DNA from: Alphaproteobacteria bacterium
GTDB lineage: Bacteria > Pseudomonadota > Alphaproteobacteria > Rickettsiales > UBA998
DNA length: 64,000 nucleotides
Direction of reading: 5' to 3'
Assembly: GCA_043765375.1 (NCBI GenBank)
Contig: JAYUJH010000041.1
Coordinates: 3,325 to 67,324, forward strand
Position 1 is the first letter of the stretch, and each line of letters starts with the position of its first letter. This document shows, in pieces, positions 1 to 8,818 of the stretch. Position numbers and translations under genes: made by a program. The notes beneath the pieces were generated by a model. It worked only from the letters and a program-made list of their open reading frames with translations, ran no database searches and was not told the origin of the DNA.

Positions 1-552
1 ATTATATCTTACAAAAGATTCAATTTTTTTATCCATCTGATTTGTAATATAACTAATACCAAAAAACAATGCCGCTAAAATGATACCTATAACCCACCTT
101 GTGTTTTCTTTAGACGATTTTTCTATTTTAGTTTCAAACTCTGCCATTTTAGTGCCAAATCCAGCTATTTTCACCTCCAAATCAGATTGAACTTTGCCAA
201 TTTTTACAGTCATATCAGCGTTTAATGTTGTTATTTGATTTTTCAATTCCTGCGATAATTGCGTAGCAATCTTGGCTGGCATGGCTTCAATGCTTGCTTC
301 CAGCTTTTGTTGATGCTCACGCATATGTTCATAATTAGCTTCCAATTTACCAACTGTTTTTGCAATATCCTCACTCACAACTATTTTCTCCTCAACTTTT
401 CCATAATACTCTATATCTGTTAAGTATTTATTAACTGGATTAACAGGCGCTGCGGAAGGTATTGTTTGGCTAGAAGGTTTGCTAGTTGATACTCCATTAT
501 CCCATTGTTTTGGATAAACAACGTTGTTTTCAATTTCTTCTTCATGCATCAT
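1..552 (-). CDS. hypothetical coiled-coil membrane protein (3' end beyond window edge)
   Basis: The minus-strand frame is open from ATG at 552/549 down to base 1; I checked every in-frame triplet. It is absent from the ORF track because no stop lies inside the window. The start overlaps the stop of the upstream ORF (ATGATGCATGA). Translation: MMHEEEIENNVVYPKQWDNGVSTSKPSSQTIPSAAPVNP...KLEANYEHMREHQQKLEASIEAM...RWVIGIILAALFFGISYI. This gives a Pro/Ser-rich head, a heptad-like middle and one TM helix. No family recognised. Confidence 0.5.
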   Translation of the reverse strand, partial: MMHEEEIENNVVYPKQWDNGVSTSKPSSQTIPSAAPVNPVNKYLTDIEYYGKVEEKIVVSEDIAKTVGKLEANYEHMREHQQKLEASIEAMPAKIATQLSQELKNQITTLNADMTVKIGKVQSDLEVKIAGFGTKMAEFETKIEKSSKENTRWVIGIILAALFFGISYITNQMDKKIESFVRYN

Positions 553-1210
553 AATCTTTTGCTATCATGTTAGATTTTTCTTTTATTTTATCAAAAATAT
601 TATCTATATTAGTTACAAAATCTAGCGTAGACCTCATTCTTGTTGCATCATTTATTTTTCTATCATAATTGGCGTTGAAAATAATCCCTTTTATTTCTGC
701 GGAGGTTGGAAAAGTAACTCCTCCTGAATTAATTGAAATTGTTGTAGATTCTTGTTTTATTTTATCCTCATATACCAATGTATAAGAAGTTTCTGTTGGT
801 TTTTCATTAATTGAAAAATGCAATTTGTTATTTAATACATCATTTGGATTTTCTTTTGGAATAATGAAGCTATAATTTAATCCCGTATGATTAATATTAT
901 ATTTAATGGCAATATTGGAAAATTGTTCTGCAATTTGTATGATATTTGCGAAAGTGACATCTTGATTTTGTATAGCGTCCTGGCGTATTTCTGCAAAATC
1001 TGGTTGTATGCTTATTATAACGTTATTACGAAACTTAAATGATTGAAAGGGTATACCATCTGGGTGCAATTTTCCTAATATTTCCCAGTTATCATCTCTT
1101 TTAGGAATGATTTTATTTGGATTTGTTATGAAATCGCTAAAAGGAATAACTCCCCCGTTTTCAGGCGAAACTCTAAACGCAAGTGAAACAAAAACGTCTA
1201 TTTTATCCAT
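542..1210 (-). CDS. hypothetical protein (222 aa), remote paralog of ORF 55241..55963
   Basis: Intact ORF with a strong SD (AGGAG, 8 nt upstream). It starts 11 nt after the glyA stop. AT-rich relative to glyA. Shares short blocks with the 240-aa ORF at 55241 (GLNYSFIIPKENPNDVLNN vs GLNFFMLLSCENCDDYINDN; FNANYDRKI vs LEANYHYEL). Confidence 0.6.
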   Translation of the reverse strand: MDKIDVFVSLAFRVSPENGGVIPFSDFITNPNKIIPKRDDNWEILGKLHPDGIPFQSFKFRNNVIISIQPDFAEIRQDAIQNQDVTFANIIQIAEQFSNIAIKYNINHTGLNYSFIIPKENPNDVLNNKLHFSINEKPTETSYTLVYEDKIKQESTTISINSGGVTFPTSAEIKGIIFNANYDRKINDATRMRSTLDFVTNIDNIFDKIKEKSNMIAKDYDA

Positions 1211-1221
1211 TGTAATATCTC

Positions 1222-2580
1222 CTACAAATCATAAATGGGGAAGCGGGCGCAAAGGGCTTGAACTTTGGCTTTGACTGATTGCTCAGTTGCGCCATTATTT
1301 TCGGGAGATTTTACTAATCCGTCCAGCACATCACCAATATATTCACCAATCAAGCAAAACTCCTCCAAGCTAAAACCACGAGTTGTTCCTGCTGGCGTGC
1401 CTAAGCGAATGCCAGAAGTTATCATTGGTGGTTGCGGATCAAACGGGATAGCATTTTTGTTACATGTTAATCCCGAACGCTCTAGGCTTTCCTCCGCTGC
1501 TTTGCCCGTTAATCCTTTTGGACGCAAATCAACCAACACAATATGGTTATCTGTTCCACCAGTGACAATATCCACCCCACGAGCAGTTAAAGTTTTGGCA
1601 AGCTCCCTTGCGTTATTGATAATCGCTTGACCATAAACTTTGAATGATGGTTGCAACGCCTCGCCATAAGCAACTGCTTTGCCTGCCATCACATGAACCA
1701 ATGGCCCGCCTTGAATCCCTGGGAACACAGCTGATTGCAATGCGGCAGCTAAAGTTACATCTGCGCCAGATTTAGTTTTGCGCACTACCATATCAGGGTT
1801 GGTTGACAATATCATTCCACCACGAGGGCCACGCAAAGTTTTGTGGGTGGTGGTTGTGACAATATGCGCATGTGGCAATGGTGAAGGATATGCTCCAGCA
1901 GCGACTAACCCTGAAATATGCGCCATATCAACCAGTAAGTAAGCCCCGATTTCATCAGCAATTGCACGGAACTTTGCCCAATCCAACACACGAGGATAAG
2001 CCGAGAATCCTGCAATAATCATTTTTGGCTTATGCTCACGGGCGAGCGCTTCAACTTCTGCGTAATCCACCAATCCAGTATCTTTATGCACACCATAATG
2101 CACGGCGTTAAACCATTTACCTGATTGATTAACTGATGCACCATGAGTTAAATGTCCACCAGCTGCTAAGGATTGCCCCATTATCGTATCATGTGGTTGC
2201 AATAATGCGGTGAACACGGCTTGATTAGCTTGAGATCCAGAGTTAGGTTGCACATTGGCATAAGCGCAAGCAAACAATTCTTTCGCACGGTCAATCGCTA
2301 ATTGCTCCACCACATCGGCGAACTCGCACCCGCCATAATAACGTTTATTGGGGTATCCTTCCGCATATTTATTGGTGAATACGCTCCCTTGCGCTTCCAT
2401 CACGGCACGGGAAACAATATTCTCGGAGGCGATTAATTCCACCCCGTTTTTTTGCCGTTGATATTCATTTTGAATGGCGTTAAAAACTGCGCTATCACGC
2501 TCAGCAAGGGTTGCGTGGAAATAGCGAGGCTCAGTGACAGCTTGGTTATTGGTTTGTGGTTTAATTGCGGCATTATTCAT
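1222..2580 (-). CDS. glyA: serine hydroxymethyltransferase
   Basis: 452 aa. Has the SHMT PLP-lysine block [14 protein letters not shown] plus VELIASEN and [13 protein letters not shown] motifs. Confidence 0.95.
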   Translation of the reverse strand: MNNAAIKPQTNNQAVTEPRYFHATLAERDSAVFNAIQNEYQRQKNGVELIASENIVSRAVMEAQGSVFTNKYAEGYPNKRYYGGCEFADVVEQLAIDRAKELFACAYANVQPNSGSQANQAVFTALLQPHDTIMGQSLAAGGHLTHGASVNQSGKWFNAVHYGVHKDTGLVDYAEVEALAREHKPKMIIAGFSAYPRVLDWAKFRAIADEIGAYLLVDMAHISGLVAAGAYPSPLPHAHIVTTTTHKTLRGPRGGMILSTNPDMVVRKTKSGADVTLAAALQSAVFPGIQGGPLVHVMAGKAVAYGEALQPSFKVYGQAIINNARELAKTLTARGVDIVTGGTDNHIVLVDLRPKGLTGKAAEESLERSGLTCNKNAIPFDPQPPMITSGIRLGTPAGTTRGFSLEEFCLIGEYIGDVLDGLVKSPENNGATEQSVKAKVQALCARFPIYDL

Positions 2581-2798
2581 GTTAAAAAAATCCTTGTTAA
2601 TATTTGCGAAATGTGATGTTAAAAATAAATTATTAAATGATAACTTAGTTTATTTTGTTGCATTTGTCACTAACTCGCTTTGATTTTTTGAATAAAATAT
2701 TGTTAATTAAACAAGTAATATTTGAAGTAATTATCTATTCATTGATTATTATTGTTTTACTTCATGAAATTGTCACTTTATTTGGTTATTATATATTT

Positions 2799-3989
2799 AT
2801 GTTAGAACAGTTACTCGGAATGCTCACAAATAAAAAACCAGAAAGCAACGCCAGCAACAAGGAGGGAGGAGGCAATTCACCTCCCCCTGCACAATCCATG
2901 CAAGATATGGCAGGGAGTGCGCTCGGAGGTATTGCTGGTGGAGTGATTGAGGCGGTAAAGCCTGCCATTCTACCAATCGCAGCACTCCTCGGTGGCTTAG
3001 CAATATTCAACCCAGATATGCGTGAAAAAATTATGGGTATGTTTGGCGGGGTCATGAAAATGCTTGGCATGGGTGGTGGTGAGAAAAGCCCCGAGGAAAC
3101 AACTGGTCGCCAAGATAGCCCAAGTAATTATGGAAACGACCCTTTGGCATCAGCCAAGACCTCTTTAACTAATGCAAAAGAATCTTTAATGGGTTCTAAC
3201 TCCACAAAGTTTAATCCCGCTAAAGATGGAGTATCTTATGCTAGAAATGCAGGTGCGGAGGGCAGGGAGTTCCTAAACGCCAAGGATTATGAAGGAAAAA
3301 TATCAATTCCACAAACTGTTATTGATGATGCTAAGGCTAAGAATAAAGATGTAGAAAAAGTTTATGCTATGATTACCATAGACGCAAGCAACAATAATGG
3401 TGTTGCGGTGGCACGTGGTTTTCATGTTTTTCATGATTTGGAGAAAAATACAACAAAATTAATTCCATTTGTTTCTGGTGGGGCAGCTGGCGTTGACAAT
3501 GCTAAAGATTCTAAATCAGTAGAGGCAACCAACAGTGCGCCAATGCCCTTCTTGGTAACTGATGCAACCAAGAAAGGTGATGGAATTAATCGCATTGGTA
3601 AAATTGCAAGCGCAGATTTCAAAACTAATGACGAGTTTGGTTTTTTTGTTGAATATGATGATGGATTGGATAATAGAAGTGGAATTGGTTCGCATGAAAA
3701 CTTAAGACATGGTAGCAAGGGCGGTCAGGGAATATCAAAAGGTTGTCCAGTTGTTCGTCCCAATGATGTTGGCAGTATGCAAACGCTAATGAAAGAATAT
3801 GGCGTTGCTAGCGGAAGCAGTTTTTATATATTAGATTCAACTGAAACTGTGAATACTTCAGAAAACGCTGTGAAAAATATCGCTAAATCTATGGGCGGAA
3901 TAACACATTCTGATGCTAGCACAGGAAACAAAATATCATCAGAAGTTCCTCAAGCTAAGCTAACTCCTGAACGAATAATAGCGAAATAA
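2799..3989 (+). CDS. membrane-anchored hypothetical protein with C-terminal YkuD/Tlde1-like (L,D-transpeptidase fold) motif
   Basis: The track ORF is 2655..3989. I prefer the first ATG at 2799 (MLEQLLGM...), because the upstream part is an AT-rich hydrophobic read-through. Features: Gly-rich TM region (AGSALGGIAGGVIEAVKPAILPIAALLGGLAIF) and the C-terminal motif FFVEYDDG...SHENLRHGSKGGQGISKGCPVVRPND, which resembles H-x(12-17)-S-x-G-C-[IV]. Confidence 0.55.
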   Translation: MLEQLLGMLTNKKPESNASNKEGGGNSPPPAQSMQDMAGSALGGIAGGVIEAVKPAILPIAALLGGLAIFNPDMREKIMGMFGGVMKMLGMGGGEKSPEETTGRQDSPSNYGNDPLASAKTSLTNAKESLMGSNSTKFNPAKDGVSYARNAGAEGREFLNAKDYEGKISIPQTVIDDAKAKNKDVEKVYAMITIDASNNNGVAVARGFHVFHDLEKNTTKLIPFVSGGAAGVDNAKDSKSVEATNSAPMPFLVTDATKKGDGINRIGKIASADFKTNDEFGFFVEYDDGLDNRSGIGSHENLRHGSKGGQGISKGCPVVRPNDVGSMQTLMKEYGVASGSSFYILDSTETVNTSENAVKNIAKSMGGITHSDASTGNKISSEVPQAKLTPERIIAK

Positions 3990-4126
3990 CCTTAAAACAA
4001 AACATACGGCAAAACAAATTACAGGATTTTTAGATTATGATTTCAAGTTCAGAAGTTGAGAAAAAAGCAGTTAAGGGTGATATAGCCGCAACCGCCCGTG
4101 CAATGAATGGTTAGGGAATAAATATT

Positions 4127-5209
4127 ATGGCAAAAAACGCAAGTTTTAATGGTATCGCATCAGGGTTGTTCACCGCACCGCAGGATAAAAACGGTGGTAG
4201 TGAGGAATATCATATTGATATGAAGTTCAAAGATTTAATTGCCAAAGGTGATTGGAAAAGCGTTGTTGAGATATTAGACACTGTATCTAAGCAATATGAA
4301 TCACGTGGGCTGCATATGGAGTTTTCTAACAGTGGCGTTGGAGGAGAAAAGTGGAATCATAACGCCTCACCAGATGCAAAAATGGCACTCGCCAAGCAAG
4401 CAGTTGGTGCGCATAATCATAACCCAGCAACAACTGGTTTTTCTTTGGATTTCTATATTGTTCCACAGGGCAAAGATAGATTTGACGCTTCTGTTTCCAA
4501 ACCAACTGAAATGGCTTTAGCAGTTCCCGAGGGTGGAGCAGTGCGCTATTTTACTGGTGGAGGTTATGGGAATAATGCGCAAGTTTTAGGAAAAGATGGC
4601 AAAGAATTATTCACCATAGGGCATGGAGGCACTAACAACCCATTGCCGAAAAACTTTGATGTTACCCCTCAATTTTTAGCTTCAAAAAACATCACTCCAG
4701 TTGGTGACCCAAAAGCTCCCGCACCTACGCCATCATCTGCGATTGCTGGAAAGCAAAATCTGCCAACTGAAGAAGAAGCAAAAAACAGCATTGAGAAGAA
4801 AGGAGCTAAAAACACATATCAAGATATGATGTCAAATATGTTTGGTGGTGGTAACGAGCAGGGTGGTGGTGGATTTTTAGGTTTCATGCTTTTTGCATTG
4901 GTTGCTATGGCATCAGGTCAAAACCTAGAAGGGATTCAAAAGCATGATACTGATGAAAAAAGAAATGCTGAATTAGAACGAATTGATGAACAAAGGAGGC
5001 AGGGACAATCCAAGCTAAATAACGACATTGTTCTTGCAAAGCCCGCGACAACTCCTTCTGTTCAATCTAAACAATCAAACGGCATTCAAATCTCACCTGA
5101 TATATTACCAGCTACTCCAATATCCCAAGCGCAAACTATTGCAACTAACGAACCACCAGCATCAACTCCTCAAATTATAAGCAGCAATAGAGTGAGTGTA
5201 AATATTTAG
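4127..5209 (+). CDS. hypothetical protein (360 aa) with internal Gly-run plus TM helix
   Basis: Intact ORF with a purine-rich stretch (AGGGAA) upstream. Central MFGGGNEQGGGGFLGFMLFALVAMASG segment, Ser/Thr/Pro/Gln-rich C-terminal tail, no Cys. No family recognised. Confidence 0.55.
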   Translation: MAKNASFNGIASGLFTAPQDKNGGSEEYHIDMKFKDLIAKGDWKSVVEILDTVSKQYESRGLHMEFSNSGVGGEKWNHNASPDAKMALAKQAVGAHNHNPATTGFSLDFYIVPQGKDRFDASVSKPTEMALAVPEGGAVRYFTGGGYGNNAQVLGKDGKELFTIGHGGTNNPLPKNFDVTPQFLASKNITPVGDPKAPAPTPSSAIAGKQNLPTEEEAKNSIEKKGAKNTYQDMMSNMFGGGNEQGGGGFLGFMLFALVAMASGQNLEGIQKHDTDEKRNAELERIDEQRRQGQSKLNNDIVLAKPATTPSVQSKQSNGIQISPDILPATPISQAQTIATNEPPASTPQIISSNRVSVNI

Positions 5210-5407
5210 CGATAACAATATCCACATCTATAGCATTTTCACATTTGAATGATATAAAATAGGCGTCATGCAAACGTGAAACCACTATAATATTGTTGCA
5301 AAATCATAATAAATTAATTAGTTTGTTGTTATAAGAATTATGTTTATAATATGTAACTGTGTTGCAAGTGAAAGTTTGCGATGCGGTGGGATAATTAGGA
5401 TTTATTT

Positions 5408-8362
5408 ATGAATGCACAATCTTCATTAGCGCAACAATTGGCTGGGCAACAATCAGCTGGGCAACAATTGGGTGAGCAATCAAGCAATCAATCTTTATGG
5501 GATTTGTTTGATGCAACTGATTATTTATTCAGTGGCAATGGTTTGTTCGTTGAGGAAATGTATAAGTTATATTGCCAAGATACCAACAATGTAAGCGATG
5601 AATGGCGAGAGTTTTTCAATAATTTGCAGGCGCAGTGCATTGTGAAACGCAAGCCATCATGGGCGGATTATAATTCGGGCATTATTGGCGTGCTTGACCC
5701 TGAGGAAAAGCGGGAGATTGCCAAAAAAGAAAAAGAGATTAGGGCGCAAGATGATACGGCGATTTTGCACTCAATTCGGGCGTTGCAACTCATTCATGCT
5801 TATCGTGTTCGTGGACATTTGAAGGCAAATCTTGACCCGCTAATGCAGGTGGAATCGCGCGACCGTTCGCACCCTGAGCTAAATCCGCTTAATTATGGGT
5901 TTTCACGTGATGATTATACTAAAGAGATTTTCCTTGGTGGGACTTTAGGCAAGCAAAGTGCCAGTTTGAATGAGATTTTGGATATATTAGAGCGCACCTA
6001 TTGTTCAACCATTGGCGTTGAGTTTATGCATATTCAATATCCTGAACAAAAAGCGTGGATTCAAAATCGCATTGAGGCGATGCAAGGCAATCCGCATATT
6101 TCGCCTGCTGATAAACGTGAGATATTGAAAGATTTGATTGAAGTTGATAGTTTTGAGGAGTTTTTGCAGACTAAATATGCGGCAATGAAGCGATTTTCAA
6201 TTCAAGGGGGTGATGCGATGATTCCGGGGTTGCAACAAATTATGCACACTTCGGCAAGGCTTGGCGTGGAAGAAGTGGTAATCGGAATGCCGCATCGTGG
6301 GCGCATGAACGTGCTAACTAACATTATGAAAAAGCCATATGTTGAGATGTTTTCATTATTCGCTGGTAATATGGATTTTCCTGAATCGGTTAATTCTTCA
6401 GGTGATGTGAAATATCATATCGGGGTGTCAAGTGACCGTGAAATGCCAAATGGTAAGATGATTCACCTTTCGCTAACTGCTAACCCTTCGCATTTGGAGG
6501 CGGTGAACCCTGTTGTTTGTGGCAAAGTGCGTGCCAAGCAAGATCAAAAAAATGATATTGAAAAACAAAAAGTCATGGGGATTTTGTTGCATGGTGATGC
6601 AGCATTTGCGGGGCAGGGGATTGTGCCAGAAACGCTTTCACTCTCGGAGTTGCGGGGTTATCGTACTGGTGGAACAATTCATATTATTGTGAATAATCAA
6701 ATTGGTTTTACCACCGCACCACGTTATTCCCGCTTTACGCCTTACCCGTCAGATGTGGCAAAAATGGTGCAAGCTCCAATTTTCCATGTGAATGGTGAAG
6801 ATCCTGAAGCGGTGGTATATGTATGTCGGTTGGCAGCGGAGTTTCGTCAAACATTTGGGCGTGACGTGGTGGTTGATGTATTTTGTTATCGTAAATATGG
6901 TCATAATGAAGGCGATGAGCCAATGTTCACTCAACCAATTATGTATAATACGATTAGGCAGAAAAAATCTCCCGCTTTGCTATATGCTGATGTGTTGGTG
7001 TCGCAAGGAGTGATTACGCAAGCAGGAGTTGATAGCGAATATAAGCAATTTACTGAATTATTTGAAGCGCAATTAGCAGCAGGCAAGGATTATAAACCCA
7101 ATTCCGCAGATTGGCTAGGTGGAGCTTGGTCAAACATGACGGAAGCGGAAGAAGCCCGCAATCGCCAAACTCCTGATACTGGGGTGGATATGGCGGTGTT
7201 GCAGGATTTAGCGGCGCAAATGGCGGTGTTTCCCGCTGGCTTTAACGTTAATAAAAAACTCGCTCGCATCATTGAAACACGCACCAAAGCGGTGCTTGAT
7301 GGTGAGGGGATTGATTGGGCGATGGGTGAGCATTTGGCGTTTGCATCGTTGTTGAAAGATGGGTATGGATTGCGTTTAACTGGGCAGGATAGTTGCCGTG
7401 GGACGTTCTCGCATCGTCATTCAACTTTTGTGGATCAAACCACTGAAGAACGCTATATTCCGCTGAATAATTTGGCAGGGGTTGAGCGCAAGGCGGAAAT
7501 CGTGGATAGTTCGCTTTCGGAGTTTGCAATTTTGGGTTTTGAATATGGTTATTCGCAAGCTGAGCCTAACTCTCTCACCATTTGGGAATCGCAATTTGGT
7601 GATTTCGCTAATGGTGCGCAAGTGATGATTGATCAATTTATCGCATCTGGTGAGATTAAATGGTTGCGCATGTCAGGGCTGGTGATGTTACTGCCACATG
7701 GTTATGAGGGGCAAGGGCCCGAACATTCATCAGCTCGTTTGGAGCGGTTTTTGCAACTTTGCGGACAGGAAAATATGCAGGTGGTGAATTGCACTACGCC
7801 CGCAAACTTTTTCCATGTGTTGCGTCGTCAGATGCACCGCAAGTTCCGCAAACCTTTGATTGTGATGACGCCAAAATCATTATTGCGTCATAAGCGGGCG
7901 GTTTCAGTAATTAGCGATTTTGCACCAACAACGCATTTCAAAAAAGTTATTGGTGAGGTTGATGGAGGCATCAAAAACGTTAAGCGTGTTATCATTACTA
8001 GTGGCAAAGTTTATTATGATTTATTGCAAAAGCGTGAGGATTTGGGGCGTGAAGATTTGAGGCGCACTGATGTAGCAATTTTGCGCCTTGAGCAATATTA
8101 TCCGTTTCCGCACAACCAGTTGAAGGCAGAGCTTGAGAAATATGGCAATGCTGAAATTATTTGGGTGCAAGAAGAGCCAAAAAATATGGGGGCGTGGAGC
8201 TTTGTTGCGCCTTATATTGAGGAAGTGCTGGAGGATTGCGGCAGGGCAGGGGTGCGCCCTCGTTATGTTGGTCGGGCAATTTCAGCATCGCCCGCAGTTG
8301 GTTATTTGAAAATACATAATCGTGAGCAAGAAGAACTTGTCGCAAAAGCATTTGAGGGTTGA
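5408..8362 (+). CDS. sucA: 2-oxoglutarate dehydrogenase E1 component
   Basis: 984 aa. Conserved E1o blocks: GMPHRGRMNVL, LLHGDAAFAGQG, YRKYGHNEGDEP, LLPHGYEGQGPEHSS. Confidence 0.95.
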   Translation: MNAQSSLAQQLAGQQSAGQQLGEQSSNQSLWDLFDATDYLFSGNGLFVEEMYKLYCQDTNNVSDEWREFFNNLQAQCIVKRKPSWADYNSGIIGVLDPEEKREIAKKEKEIRAQDDTAILHSIRALQLIHAYRVRGHLKANLDPLMQVESRDRSHPELNPLNYGFSRDDYTKEIFLGGTLGKQSASLNEILDILERTYCSTIGVEFMHIQYPEQKAWIQNRIEAMQGNPHISPADKREILKDLIEVDSFEEFLQTKYAAMKRFSIQGGDAMIPGLQQIMHTSARLGVEEVVIGMPHRGRMNVLTNIMKKPYVEMFSLFAGNMDFPESVNSSGDVKYHIGVSSDREMPNGKMIHLSLTANPSHLEAVNPVVCGKVRAKQDQKNDIEKQKVMGILLHGDAAFAGQGIVPETLSLSELRGYRTGGTIHIIVNNQIGFTTAPRYSRFTPYPSDVAKMVQAPIFHVNGEDPEAVVYVCRLAAEFRQTFGRDVVVDVFCYRKYGHNEGDEPMFTQPIMYNTIRQKKSPALLYADVLVSQGVITQAGVDSEYKQFTELFEAQLAAGKDYKPNSADWLGGAWSNMTEAEEARNRQTPDTGVDMAVLQDLAAQMAVFPAGFNVNKKLARIIETRTKAVLDGEGIDWAMGEHLAFASLLKDGYGLRLTGQDSCRGTFSHRHSTFVDQTTEERYIPLNNLAGVERKAEIVDSSLSEFAILGFEYGYSQAEPNSLTIWESQFGDFANGAQVMIDQFIASGEIKWLRMSGLVMLLPHGYEGQGPEHSSARLERFLQLCGQENMQVVNCTTPANFFHVLRRQMHRKFRKPLIVMTPKSLLRHKRAVSVISDFAPTTHFKKVIGEVDGGIKNVKRVIITSGKVYYDLLQKREDLGREDLRRTDVAILRLEQYYPFPHNQLKAELEKYGNAEIIWVQEEPKNMGAWSFVAPYIEEVLEDCGRAGVRPRYVGRAISASPAVGYLKIHNREQEELVAKAFEG

Positions 8363-8365
8363 TTA

Positions 8366-8818
8366 ATGATTGAGATAGGTAAGCAAGCACCAGATTTTAT
8401 GGTGAAAAATCAAGCGGGTGAGCAACGCAATTTAGTGGATTTTGGGGGCAAAAAATTAGTGATTTATTTTTATCCCAAAGATGATACGTCAGGTTGCACG
8501 GTGGAGGCAAAAGATTTTAGCGAGTTGCTCCCACAATTTATCGCCAAGGGAGCGCATGTTGTTGGCGTTTCTCGTGATACTCAATCATCGCATTGTAAGT
8601 TCATCGCCAAGCATGAATTGGCGTTGGAGTTGCTTGCCGATGAAGATGGTTCAATGTGCGAATCTTATGGCGTGTGGGTTGAGAAATCTATGTATGGCAA
8701 AAAATATATGGGCATTGAACGAACCACTTTGCTGATTAATGAGGTTGGTGCAGTGCAGCAAATATGGCGCAAAGTGCAGGTCAAAAATCATGCACAATCG
8801 GTGCTGGAAGCAATATGA
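8366..8818 (+). CDS. bcp: peroxiredoxin, Bcp type
   Basis: 150 aa. AhpC/TSA fold signature YFYPKDDTSGCTVEA with the peroxidatic Cys. Confidence 0.88.
   Translation: MIEIGKQAPDFMVKNQAGEQRNLVDFGGKKLVIYFYPKDDTSGCTVEAKDFSELLPQFIAKGAHVVGVSRDTQSSHCKFIAKHELALELLADEDGSMCESYGVWVEKSMYGKKYMGIERTTLLINEVGAVQQIWRKVQVKNHAQSVLEAI

Noticed and set aside
2655-2798. N-terminal 48 codons of the 444-aa track ORF
   Set aside because: This is extremely AT-rich, hydrophobic read-through that begins at a non-ATG codon in the divergent glyA spacer. The first ATG (2799) is taken as the start, although no good SD precedes it.
4038-4115. 25-codon ORF (MISSSEVEKKAVKGDIAATARAMNG) between the two large orphan genes
   Set aside because: It is too short and lacks an SD, so it cannot be called a gene from sequence alone. 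It is mentioned only as context.
8764-8814. Upstream extension of proA overlapping bcp
   Set aside because: ATG 8815 overlaps the bcp stop (ATGA) and gives the usual ProA N-terminus. The extension lies within the bcp coding sequence.
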